This document shows, in pieces, positions 18,807-28,532 of a stretch of DNA of 64,000 nucleotides. The position numbers and the translations under genes are program-made. Below the pieces are notes generated by a model. It was not told the DNA's origin. It did no database searches and saw only the letters and a program-made list of their open reading frames with translations. Where the stretch lies: positions 208,394 to 272,393 of IMG/VR virus record IMGVR_UViG_3300024308_000016. One strand, given 5' to 3'. Numbering within the stretch: the stretch's first letter is position 1; each line of letters opens with the position of its first letter.

Positions 18807-20900
18807 CTATCGGCCGATAGCGGTTTCAGTGCCTCGCACAGCGCCTTCCAATACGTGCCCTGCTCCCAGAGTGACGTACTGCAAGAAACCGGTTGTGGCG
18901 CTGTTGTGGGTGGCGGCTGCCCAGAACGCGGGAGACGTCCATTTGCCGTAGTTGATAGCAGCCTTGGCCAAACGCAGACGCGCTGCGCTCATAGGGAAGA
19001 TCTGCGAGTAGATGTCCTGGGACGCAAGTACTGCCAGGTAGTCGGACAAGATGTTGTCCTCATCGAGCGTCATGTCCACGCCGAAAATCTCGCCCCCGGA
19101 CACAGGCATATGCATCACACTGGACAGATCGACCACGGAGAACGACACCTCAAACGCCAGTGGGTTACCACGAGAGTCAAAGCCGATGTTGGCTCCAGCC
19201 CCAGCTGTGATGGTCAGCGACTCGATCATCCCCAGTCGGATCTGAGCGCGACCCTTATCGAAGATCTGGCACAGGAAGGGAGCCGTGTACGCCTGCTTGC
19301 CGATGGAGCGTGGGAGCGTCCCTGCCAAGATCATCGCTAGCGGGATGTACAGCTTCATCATGCGCTGCATGGGCGTGTTGTACGTCGCCATCAAGGTGAA
19401 CGAGTACGTGGTCCGGGGCAGCGACACCGAGGAGCTTTGCCAGTGCTTGGGGACATCCACATAACCGTCACCTAGGATACCCTGCACGAAGGATGCCATA
19501 TCAAGGGTCACGCCGTTGATCAGGCCCGACGCTGCATCGCCCAGAGCACCCATCACATCCTTGACGGTCTCGCCAATGAAGTTGCCTTCAGCCAGCGCAA
19601 AGCGCGCAGAGCGAACAGTCGAGGATGCATTGTTGAGCTTTTGCTGCAGCTGCGATTCCACAGCAGAGTTGTTGAAGCTCGTCGCCTGTGGACCTGTGAA
19701 GTCCACATTGAACGTTGCAAACTGAGACCCCATCCGGAACTCCGCATCGAAGTACTCGGCATACTGGTGCAGCCAGGACTTGTCTTGCTCCTTGCCCTCC
19801 GGGGAGTTGGTATCGATGCGCGGGTCGGTCTCACTAACGGCTGAGGAGTTGTCCTCCGCCCGAAACACGTTGGCCAACTTCAGCGTCTCATCGAGCAAAT
19901 CCGCCAGCCGGTGCTTGCCCTGTTTGTTGGTGACCTTGGTGGAGTGAGTGCCGTCTCCAGACAGCTCACGCTTCAAGTATCCCACATAGTCAGTAGCTGT
20001 GCCGTTGTCAGCAGCGTTGTACTCCTGGGTGTGGATCTCGTTGGCCAAGCGTTGGGCGCGATTGGCGATGGAGTGGACGTCGAAGTAGTTCTGTTCGCCG
20101 AACACATCGGGCATGATGCGATTCAATTGGGTCAGGTAGTCTTGGTCGATCGTAAACGGCCTGCCCAACTTTTGAGTGTCGTCCGCATTGGCGCCCAAGA
20201 TAGCTGGAAAGATACCGATATTCACCGCCAGCGTGTTGGCCAGTGTGTTCACCGTGGACCAATACGCGAACATCAGCGGCTTCATGGTGTAGAACTTGCT
20301 AGTGCTTCGGTTGAAGAAGAACCCAGCCACCCGTCCAGCCAACACAGTGATCGCCACTGCTGGGAACGTCACTACCGTGATGAAGGTACCCAGCAGTTTA
20401 CCTGCCGTATAAAAGGCGCTCGGCATACGGCCTGTGCGAGCAAACGTGGATTGACCTGGATCAAATGCTCGACTGAGGAAATTCACCAAGGAGTTGAACC
20501 TGGGGACACCGAAGCGCAAAAAGATCGTCTGCTTGGTGTCGTCCACTGCCTCGGAGTAGTAGTGACCCCAACCATAGTTGCCCGAGGAGTTGTAGATCGA
20601 CAGCTCTGCACGGTCAGCCATGCGGCCTGGCACCGGGAAGTCGGCGTACGGTGTGTACTGCGGGGCGTTGTTGATGCCGATGTTTCCACCTAGACGCGAG
20701 TCGGTGAACTTGCTCGACGCAGTGGACCAAAAGCGGTTGGTCTTGTCGACTTCATCTTCAAAGTCATCATTGGTCAGCATGAACGACGTGCGGACCCAAT
20801 CGGAGTCCAGCAGGTCGTAGGGGTTTTCTCCGCCGATGGCGGTGTTGGTTTTTTGGATCGCCTTGCCAGAGCGGAAGGCGTCGCGAAGATTGGAAGCCAT
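18807..20900 (-). CDS. Tail/baseplate structural protein (phiKZ gp182-like, 697 aa)
   Basis: Start moved to ATG 20900; immediately downstream of the tape-measure gene; C-terminal YTAPFLCQIFDKG...GMIESLTIT segment resembles tube-like/hub folds. Confidence 0.65.
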   Translation of the reverse strand: MASNLRDAFRSGKAIQKTNTAIGGENPYDLLDSDWVRTSFMLTNDDFEDEVDKTNRFWSTASSKFTDSRLGGNIGINNAPQYTPYADFPVPGRMADRAELSIYNSSGNYGWGHYYSEAVDDTKQTIFLRFGVPRFNSLVNFLSRAFDPGQSTFARTGRMPSAFYTAGKLLGTFITVVTFPAVAITVLAGRVAGFFFNRSTSKFYTMKPLMFAYWSTVNTLANTLAVNIGIFPAILGANADDTQKLGRPFTIDQDYLTQLNRIMPDVFGEQNYFDVHSIANRAQRLANEIHTQEYNAADNGTATDYVGYLKRELSGDGTHSTKVTNKQGKHRLADLLDETLKLANVFRAEDNSSAVSETDPRIDTNSPEGKEQDKSWLHQYAEYFDAEFRMGSQFATFNVDFTGPQATSFNNSAVESQLQQKLNNASSTVRSARFALAEGNFIGETVKDVMGALGDAASGLINGVTLDMASFVQGILGDGYVDVPKHWQSSSVSLPRTTYSFTLMATYNTPMQRMMKLYIPLAMILAGTLPRSIGKQAYTAPFLCQIFDKGRAQIRLGMIESLTITAGAGANIGFDSRGNPLAFEVSFSVVDLSSVMHMPVSGGEIFGVDMTLDEDNILSDYLAVLASQDIYSQIFPMSAARLRLAKAAINYGKWTSPAFWAAATHNSATTGFLQYVTLGAGHVLEGAVRGTETAIGR

Positions 20901-20926
20901 AAAAATAGTTCTCGCAAAAGGTGACA

Positions 20927-20954
20927 GCAGTAGCTCCCTTGCGGGAGCTACTGC
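20927..20954 (-). terminator. 12-bp perfect hairpin after the tape-measure gene
   Basis: GCAGTAGCTCCC-TTGC-GGGAGCTACTGC. Confidence 0.6.
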
Positions 20955-20964
20955 GGTCGGTGGA

Positions 20965-23900
20965 TCAAAGCACTCGCCGGTTATCAAAGGATGAGGTCGA
21001 CGCTTCCGCAAACTTCGGTGTCTTGTACACCGGAGCGACGGGTTGCGGGGCCTCGGGCTTGGCGCCTCCTTGTTCAACCATGACTTGTCCCAGTCCGGTC
21101 AGTGCCTGACTCATGCCCTGCAGTATCGGAACGATCTGCGTGACAAGCGTCTCACTGATGGTGGCTACGTACTTATTGGAGTCATTGCCGATTTGGACCA
21201 GCTCATCGATGCCTTGGCTATTTTGGCCCTTGGCGATGGCGGTCAGTGCGGGATCAGGTCTTGCCATGGAGGGGACAGTGATCCGACGCTCAGCTGCTGC
21301 CGAAGCTTTAGCTGGTGCGGCGCTCGCTGTACTCACCGTCCGCATAGCGGAGCTGGGTACATTGAACGACGCGGTCGTGGTAGCGGTAGGTGTCGATCGA
21401 TCAGCGTCAGCCGCCACAGCCTTGCCGGTAGTGTTACCTACCTTGGGGCCTCCCATGCCCTTAGGGGCGTAGGGAATGTTGAACTGCTGTGCCTTGTTCT
21501 CGATCTTGTTTTCGATGCGGTCGTACATCTCCGAGGTGGTCAGAGGACGATTGTTCGCATAGAACAGTTTGGCGTTGATGGGGTTGGCCGCTGCCTTTTG
21601 GAAGAGGCTGGCTGCCGGTGTATCGGGAGAGGCACTGAAGAACTTCCTGGCTCCGCCCAGACCCAGGTAGTGGGCCATGTAGCCGTCAGTGAAGTCGGGG
21701 TTTGGACGTACAGACTCCAAACCCTTCAGATTTTGCTTCAGATACTCCGCACCCATCAAGGTGTTGGCTCTTGGATCAGTGCGATCTTCGTTGCCCTTCA
21801 AGCCGTACTTGGAGCCGGTCTTGCGCATGGTGTCGTTCCATGCAGCGGGGAAGAACTGGTTCAAGCCGACCGCATTGCCAGCTTTGGCAGCGGGGTTCAT
21901 ACTCGACTCCATCGCGCTCATCAAGAGCATGTCGTTGGGATTGACGCCTGCTTCCTTGGCAGCGGAGGTGATGGTGCCTCGGATGCCTTGCTCTGCAGGT
22001 TTTCCACCACCCACAGATTCGGAAGGACGGGTTTCTCCGTCTTCGGCAAGTTTGCCCTTGTCAGTGTCGATCTTAGCACTTGGCTTGTAGGCCACTTGCT
22101 GCGTGCCCGAGGAGAACTTGTCTGGAGCGCCAGTGGTGGCGATCGCAGCCGCTGTAGGCGCTTGAGCCTGAGCGGTCATGCTCTTTTCCTCGGTGACTCC
22201 GGTCTTGGCCTTGATGCCTTGGTCCGCCTGGCTTGCAGTCTCGCCTGGAACCTGGGGCATTTTCAGATCGTTGATCGGAGAAGCTCCCTTGACCGCTGGG
22301 TCAGTGACAGTAGCACCGCCCTTGGCGTTGTACAGGTCACGAGCGAGCTTGGGGTTGCGGGTGCCGAGCTTGGAACCCTTGATAGAGCCTTGGCCTCCGC
22401 CTCCTCGTCCCAGCGACGACTGGATCGCAATGTCCGCATAACTCTTGTCGGTTTTGGCCAGTTTCTCCGAGCCTTGGTAGCCGGCTGCTTCGATGTGCCA
22501 CGTCTCTCCGCCCACAGGGCGAGTGAAGCCGTACTTGCGAAGCAATCCCATCTGCTCGAGTTCTTCCAGTTGGACGCTGGAGACGTCAAGCGCCAGGCCA
22601 TGCTCGTGCATGGAGTTGCCGGGCTTGGCTGCCTTGGCTGGGTTTTGTCGGTGAAGCGCTGCTTGTCTTTGATAGCTTCGGAAAGCCTCATTGACTTGCA
22701 AGCTTTTGCCAGTGGCCTCCCCATACTCCTGGGCCATAGACAAGAAGTGCTTGAGCAGGCGCGGTTGCATCCCTTCCAGGACGGCGTCCTTGCCCAACTT
22801 CACGTACTTCATGCCGCCGGAGCCATCCGCCATTTGACCACCCGCCAGTGCAGGCACCTTGGTCATCCCGGTGGAGGAGTCCGAGCCATCGGCCTGGCCA
22901 TTGGAGATGATGGTGGAGTTTTGGGTCTTGGACTGGGGAGGATCCTCAGGAGTGGCCACATCGAAGGGCTTGGCACTCGGAGCTTTGTTGAGCTCTCCGA
23001 CTTGCTTGGACTCCACCGCAGGGGTGTTGGGGATCGCCTCACTCTTGATCTGATCGCCAGCCGCCACGATGACTGCCTTGGCATTCTTCTTGTCAGCTCC
23101 CTTAGGATCGATCTCCCCAGCTTTGATCGCCGCTTTGACGCTCTTTTGCTGCTCCAGTCCCAGCGTCTTGATCTTGGCGTTGACCAGATTGAACGCAGGC
23201 TGGACGTTCGTGTTCAGAGAGTTCAGTCCCTTGAACGGAGAAACCGTCACGTCGTAGGGGCCCGACTCGAACGCTGCCTTGGACAGGTATTCGAGCTTTT
23301 GTTCGGGCTTGAGCTTGTCGAGTTCATCGAGCTTGACCTTCATGTCCACCTGAGCCAAGATAGCCAGGTGGTGCAAGAATACGGGTTTGAATCGCTGGTC
23401 GATCCACTCCGTCAGGTTCTGAACCATCTGCGACTCCTTGGGATCGATGGAGAAGATCTCCAAGATGTCCTTGGTGTCGATGGCACGCTCGTTGATGTAG
23501 GGCTGCTTGCCACGGTATCCGATACGGCCGTCCAGCAGGTACTTCTCCAGGCCCATGACCTGGCTGTTGTACATCTCGGTAGCGTCAGTGCCGTCCAGAC
23601 CGTACTGGATCACGCGGATGCGTTGCCAATCGTCGAGTCGGTTGCGGGTGAGGTACTTGTACAGCTTGTAGCCGCCATAAGCGGTTCCAGCCACAGCAGC
23701 GGCGCCGAGCACGACCGGAGAAGTGAGAACAGCCGCCAGCGAAGTGGCTGCGGCTCCCAAAGCGCCGATGATAGCACCGCCGGAACCACCAGCTGCCAGA
23801 CCTACGGTCATAGCTGCACGAGCTGCGAAGCCACCGAAGCGGGCAACAGAGGCTGCACCTGGCAGTCGGGCCAACAGACCACCACCTGCCTTAGCGGCAC

Positions 23901-26900
23901 CCGCCAAAGGTGTGCCCACTGTCCGAAAAGCTGTCGGGATCTTGCTCAGACCGGAGCCGAGCAAGCTCGCGCCTCCCATCAAGCCGCGACCGAGCAGTCC
24001 AGCTCCGCCTTTGAGGCCGCGACCCAGCAAGGAACCCGCGCCCTTGAGCAGTCCGCCCTTTCCACCCAGACCAAGCAATCCTATCGCCCCACTCATGATA
24101 GAGCCAGCGGCTGATGCGATAGTACCCATCATGCCGGTAGCCATCTTAAAGATGGTACTGAGCATGTCTGAGCCTTCCATGTACTTGTTCTTCTCCAGCC
24201 CTGCTTCGGACTTTTGCTGGGCTTCGAGCTTGCGCTGCTCATTGGCTTGGCGCATGTCTTCGTTTTGTTGCATGCGGTCAGCAGCTCCGCCATCGCGCTG
24301 TCCATCACCGTCTCGGTCGTTGAACTGGCCCGTAGCCTTGCGGTACGCCTTCATAGCGCGTTGCTTGGCTTTGTTGACCATGTTGCGCATGCCGGAGCCA
24401 GACTCTTGAGAAGTCTCCTCCTGAGCGGGGCCTTGCTGCTGATTGCCGGCTTGGTCCTTATTGCCGGAGAACATACCAGACAAGAAACCTGCACCCTTGG
24501 CCAAACTTCCACCCAGACCTCCGAGCAATCCTGCTCCACGACCGAGCAAGCCTCCCAGACGACCTCCGCGTTTAGCGCCCAGGCCTGCGACCCTGGAGCC
24601 AGCCTTAGAGGCCATAGAGCCGATACCGCCGATGGCGCCCGGAAGCATAGAGGCGACACCTCCGAGCAATCCACCCAAGTTGCCACCAGCGTACTTGTTC
24701 ATGATACGCTGGCCAGTCGGGATCTGGGGACCTAGATCCACGCCAGATGGGAACATGGGACCTACGAAGTCGTCCGTTCCAGGCTGAGGAGCCGAGCCAA
24801 ACATCTTGGCCCAGTCTTTCATCTTCTTGATGGTGCTGGAGTTGGCAGCTCCCGTGGTCTTGTCCTTGAGGAAGTCCCCGATACGAGCGCCTTGACCCAA
24901 GATAGAGTCCACGATCTTGGAGTCTTTGCCCACCAAGCTGATGTCCCGGATCTGAGTGAGCAGCGAGCGGTTGGTCTTGTCGACCGAGTCGTCCGATACT
25001 TCCTCAGGTGTCGCCGCCTGCATGGGCTTGGCCCCTGTGCGGTTCAAGATAGAACGCACGCGTCGACCACCCTTGCCCATTGCCAGGAGATCCCGGATCT
25101 GTTCGAGCACTTCTGTGGGCTTTTGCCAGCAGGTGCAGTCTCCGCCGGCTTGGAGCTGGGGAAGAGCTTGCAGTGCCTTGGAGACAGACTCTCCGATAGA
25201 TGCCGACAGCTCTCCCATACGCTCCTTCGACGATGCCCACATTGCGGCCATCCCTTCAGCGGAGTTTTGCCACGCTTGTCCAGCCATGGCTTTACCGTCT
25301 TCGTACATCTGGCCCGCGCCCTGCACTCCGTGCTGGTACATGCTCTTGGCTTTACCGCCGAAGGACTTGGCTCTATCGCGAGCGAAGTCATACGCCTTGG
25401 ATGCGCCGCTCATGAGCATGCCTGCAGCTCCTCGGCCCCGAGTGAACGCCTCGCCGGCCTTCTTCTTGATCCAGTCCAGCGCTTGGCGGGTCAAGGTACG
25501 CACAGGCTTGCCGTCTGCAGTAAACAGGCCGTCGACCATGTCGTCGATCGTCAGAACCACCTTGCCGTGGTGATCGATCACGTTGCCGGAGATGCGCGAC
25601 AGGTCCTCCAAGTTCTTGATGGGCTTTCCGGTGCTCTCGTCCTTGTAAGCACCGAGCTCCATGAGCTTGGCGCGCAACACCGGTGCGGGATTGCCCGGCA
25701 TGTACACGTCCTGGGGACCGTTGACCAAGTTGATAGCCATGCCCTTGGCCTTATCGAGCATCATCCGTGCGGTCTTGACGGTGGCGGGCACCTTTTGGAA
25801 CAACACGTCAGAACCAAAATCCACAGCTCTGCGAGTAGCGTTGACCGCTGCCTCGTAGACGCTGGACATCAGATTCTTGGCAGGCTCCTTAGCTGCTCCA
25901 GCAGCCGACTTGCCCATATCCCACCCAGGCATGATCACCTTGTCCTTGAGCCAAGATGCCGTATCGATGGTGGTGCCTGTGAGTTTGGCAGCACCAGCAG
26001 CGGCTGCGTTGACCACACCAGCGATCAGGTTACCCATCAGGCCTTGGCCCTTCAGACCAAACCCGCGGGAAGCCATAGAACCGCCTTCTTGACCGCCCTC
26101 GCCCCCAAAGCCCATGAAACCACCGCCCTTGGCTTGTTGGGCGGAGATCTTCTTGACTTGCTCATCGATACTCTTGAGGTATTGAACGCCTTCTGAACCC
26201 ACACCACTGTCGAACTTCTCACCCAGCGCCTTGATGGCGGCGAGCATGTGACCTTGGGCCGAGATCGGATCGATGGAGGTGCCCCCTGGTGCTGTCTCCT
26301 CTCCCAGATTTCGGTTCACGTCCTGAGCCATAGGACCGAAGTGCGTGGACTTGCCCAATCCCGCAGCTGCTTTGTAGTTCCAGCTGTAGTTGTCAGTGTT
26401 CATGATCCCCTTCAGGCTAGCTGTGGGGTTCTTGGGTGCGTAGGAGCGGATGTTCTCCTTTTGGGTCTGGTCAGACGTCATCCGGCCGCCTTGGTCGATG
26501 AGCTTGTAGTACTCATCTTCCACGATCTCGTAGTTGCCGTCCTTGTCACGCTTCAAGAAGCCCGCTTCCACCAGTCCTTCAGCATTGCCGTCAGCGATGG
26601 CTTGCTGGATAACGCCTCGGTGGTCCTTCACAGAGCTTCTGAGCTCCGAAGACCGGGACGTGAGCGAATACTTGCGGGTCAGCGCCTCCAGGGAGTCGCC
26701 GCTGTAGTTGGTCTGCAAGATCTTCCTGACCGTTTCCTGGGCTGAAGGGCTCAGGTTGCGGAACTCCACGGTGTCCATCATCCGGTCACCGTCATAGTCG
26801 AAGTTGCGCCTGCGGCTCAACTTGCCCAGATAGTCCTTTACTTCGTCTCGGTCCGCGTCTGGAACAGTGGCACCCTTGGTGAAGTCGTCGTAGGTCTCAT

Positions 26901-28476
26901 TCAGGCGATCCTTGTAACTGGACTCAGATGCTGCCTTCTTGATACCCATCAAGATGTCCGAGGACAGCTCGCGTTGGGTCTTGAACTTGCCGGTGTTGGG
27001 ATCGTACACAGTCAGTGCCGTGGAGGTGTCTCCAGTGCGCAGCACGGTGATCTCTCGCAAGATGCGGGCCAAGTAGCCTGGGATCACATCGACCTGCGCG
27101 CGAGCCACTCTCTTGGCGGTGTACAGGGCATCTTCCCCTTCTCCCCCGATGCCAGAGTTCTTGATAGTCATATCCGGCGTTTGATCACCGAAGATATCCA
27201 TCAGGCCTTCGAGCATCTCTCGGATAAGACCAGAGGGACCTCCCGCGTAGCCGAAGTCCTGGAACTTGTCAGAGCGTTTGATCCGATCGATCAGACCGCC
27301 GGGGTTGTGCCCATAGCGGCCAGCCAGCATGGAGGCGCGCATGATGTTGGGGTTCTTCTCGGCAAGGGCTTTCAAGCGCTTGGAGACGTTCTTGCTCACC
27401 CACTCACCAGCGGCAGCCCCCACGCCAGAGCCCACTGTGCGCCACCCCGAGTGCTTTTCCCCGGTGATCTCCGCCATGTCCCGGGCCATTTCGTTTTCGG
27501 AGATGATGTTCTCCAGCATGTCATCGACCAAGGAGATGTTGTCCTTGAAGTCGTCCATCTGCTCTTTGATCTTGGCTCGGATCTTCTTGCTGGCGTTGGC
27601 GATTCGGTCGGTGGTACCAAACAGGCTGTCCTGGATCGCGCCGAACGCCTTGTTCTTGGCGATGTTGGAGAAACGCTCGGTTTCCTTGATCTTGGCAGCA
27701 TCCGGCAGTCCGGTATTCTTCAAGATCCCAGCACCCGTGGTCTCAGCGACCTTGCGGTACTCGTTGAAGCTCTTGACCAGCGAGGCCATAGCGAAGTAGC
27801 TCCGGTACTGCAGCTCAAGCGACTTCTTTTGGAAGTTCATGTTGAACGTCTGCTGGTAATCCCGGATGCTGTTGACACCGACGGCGATCTGCTGCTGGAC
27901 CTTAAACGAAGTGTTGAAGCGCTTGGTGTCGATCTTGTCGCTCAAGATCTTGCGGGCCTCATCCTCGACGCGATCTTCCTCGGTCTGAGCCATCATGCGC
28001 CCAAACGTCTCACCCAGCATACGCTCCACGCCCTGGTCCACCGCATCGGTGTTGTCCCAGTCGGTCTTGCGCGAGCCGCTCAGGGAGTCCGCCAGTGCCT
28101 TGGTCGTTTGCTTCAGACGCGTGGCCGAATCAGGTACGAGCTTGTCGATCTTTCTCATGATGGAAGCCAGCTGAGGCTTGACTTCCGAGATAGATTGATC
28201 GTATAGACGCGAGGCATCTGACGTGATCTGATCCGTCGCCTCCCATGCTTTGCCGATGCCCTCGGGCAATGCGTCACGCGCTATCTGCGTATAGGTGGAG
28301 GGATCAGTGAACTTGTTACGCATGCTGGTCTTGACGCCTTCGAGGACGTGGTCGACTGGCTTGCGGTCGCGCTTGGGGCGCTCATCAGGGAAGTCTCCCC
28401 CGGAATAATCAAAGTCAAGATCCCGATCAAATTCGAAATCCCCGTAATCATTACGGTTATCATCACGAGTCGCCAT
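20965..28476 (-). CDS. Tail tape-measure/virion lysin (phiKZ gp181-like, 2503 aa) with M15 peptidase and lytic transglycosylase domains
   Basis: Very long helical, Gly/Ala-rich ORF; EAFRSYQRQ...PGNSMHEHGLALDV...ETWHIE (M15) at ~22480-22810; SAMESSMNP...GLNQF...YMAHYLG (SLT) at ~21500-21990. Confidence 0.88.
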   Translation of the reverse strand: MATRDDNRNDYGDFEFDRDLDFDYSGGDFPDERPKRDRKPVDHVLEGVKTSMRNKFTDPSTYTQIARDALPEGIGKAWEATDQITSDASRLYDQSISEVKPQLASIMRKIDKLVPDSATRLKQTTKALADSLSGSRKTDWDNTDAVDQGVERMLGETFGRMMAQTEEDRVEDEARKILSDKIDTKRFNTSFKVQQQIAVGVNSIRDYQQTFNMNFQKKSLELQYRSYFAMASLVKSFNEYRKVAETTGAGILKNTGLPDAAKIKETERFSNIAKNKAFGAIQDSLFGTTDRIANASKKIRAKIKEQMDDFKDNISLVDDMLENIISENEMARDMAEITGEKHSGWRTVGSGVGAAAGEWVSKNVSKRLKALAEKNPNIMRASMLAGRYGHNPGGLIDRIKRSDKFQDFGYAGGPSGLIREMLEGLMDIFGDQTPDMTIKNSGIGGEGEDALYTAKRVARAQVDVIPGYLARILREITVLRTGDTSTALTVYDPNTGKFKTQRELSSDILMGIKKAASESSYKDRLNETYDDFTKGATVPDADRDEVKDYLGKLSRRRNFDYDGDRMMDTVEFRNLSPSAQETVRKILQTNYSGDSLEALTRKYSLTSRSSELRSSVKDHRGVIQQAIADGNAEGLVEAGFLKRDKDGNYEIVEDEYYKLIDQGGRMTSDQTQKENIRSYAPKNPTASLKGIMNTDNYSWNYKAAAGLGKSTHFGPMAQDVNRNLGEETAPGGTSIDPISAQGHMLAAIKALGEKFDSGVGSEGVQYLKSIDEQVKKISAQQAKGGGFMGFGGEGGQEGGSMASRGFGLKGQGLMGNLIAGVVNAAAAGAAKLTGTTIDTASWLKDKVIMPGWDMGKSAAGAAKEPAKNLMSSVYEAAVNATRRAVDFGSDVLFQKVPATVKTARMMLDKAKGMAINLVNGPQDVYMPGNPAPVLRAKLMELGAYKDESTGKPIKNLEDLSRISGNVIDHHGKVVLTIDDMVDGLFTADGKPVRTLTRQALDWIKKKAGEAFTRGRGAAGMLMSGASKAYDFARDRAKSFGGKAKSMYQHGVQGAGQMYEDGKAMAGQAWQNSAEGMAAMWASSKERMGELSASIGESVSKALQALPQLQAGGDCTCWQKPTEVLEQIRDLLAMGKGGRRVRSILNRTGAKPMQAATPEEVSDDSVDKTNRSLLTQIRDISLVGKDSKIVDSILGQGARIGDFLKDKTTGAANSSTIKKMKDWAKMFGSAPQPGTDDFVGPMFPSGVDLGPQIPTGQRIMNKYAGGNLGGLLGGVASMLPGAIGGIGSMASKAGSRVAGLGAKRGGRLGGLLGRGAGLLGGLGGSLAKGAGFLSGMFSGNKDQAGNQQQGPAQEETSQESGSGMRNMVNKAKQRAMKAYRKATGQFNDRDGDGQRDGGAADRMQQNEDMRQANEQRKLEAQQKSEAGLEKNKYMEGSDMLSTIFKMATGMMGTIASAAGSIMSGAIGLLGLGGKGGLLKGAGSLLGRGLKGGAGLLGRGLMGGASLLGSGLSKIPTAFRTVGTPLAGAAKAGGGLLARLPGAASVARFGGFAARAAMTVGLAAGGSGGAIIGALGAAATSLAAVLTSPVVLGAAAVAGTAYGGYKLYKYLTRNRLDDWQRIRVIQYGLDGTDATEMYNSQVMGLEKYLLDGRIGYRGKQPYINERAIDTKDILEIFSIDPKESQMVQNLTEWIDQRFKPVFLHHLAILAQVDMKVKLDELDKLKPEQKLEYLSKAAFESGPYDVTVSPFKGLNSLNTNVQPAFNLVNAKIKTLGLEQQKSVKAAIKAGEIDPKGADKKNAKAVIVAAGDQIKSEAIPNTPAVESKQVGELNKAPSAKPFDVATPEDPPQSKTQNSTIISNGQADGSDSSTGMTKVPALAGGQMADGSGGMKYVKLGKDAVLEGMQPRLLKHFLSMAQEYGEATGKSLQVNEAFRSYQRQAALHRQNPAKAAKPGNSMHEHGLALDVSSVQLEELEQMGLLRKYGFTRPVGGETWHIEAAGYQGSEKLAKTDKSYADIAIQSSLGRGGGGQGSIKGSKLGTRNPKLARDLYNAKGGATVTDPAVKGASPINDLKMPQVPGETASQADQGIKAKTGVTEEKSMTAQAQAPTAAAIATTGAPDKFSSGTQQVAYKPSAKIDTDKGKLAEDGETRPSESVGGGKPAEQGIRGTITSAAKEAGVNPNDMLLMSAMESSMNPAAKAGNAVGLNQFFPAAWNDTMRKTGSKYGLKGNEDRTDPRANTLMGAEYLKQNLKGLESVRPNPDFTDGYMAHYLGLGGARKFFSASPDTPAASLFQKAAANPINAKLFYANNRPLTTSEMYDRIENKIENKAQQFNIPYAPKGMGGPKVGNTTGKAVAADADRSTPTATTTASFNVPSSAMRTVSTASAAPAKASAAAERRITVPSMARPDPALTAIAKGQNSQGIDELVQIGNDSNKYVATISETLVTQIVPILQGMSQALTGLGQVMVEQGGAKPEAPQPVAPVYKTPKFAEASTSSFDNRRVL

Positions 28477-28532
28477 AGTGCGAACCCTTTCTTTTATTAT
28501 GCGGACCAAAAAACACTCAAAGGATCACAGCC

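Noticed and set aside
23700-24700. Gly/Leu/Ala-rich quasi-repeats in the tape-measure gene
   Set aside because: Ordinary low-complexity amphipathic segments typical of tape-measure proteins; no exact DNA repeat unit.
21043-26196. Long + strand ORFs (1023 aa, 434 aa and others) antisense to the tape-measure gene
   Set aside because: Shadow ORFs caused by the strong C/G third-position bias of the real gene; no SD or motifs, low-information composition.
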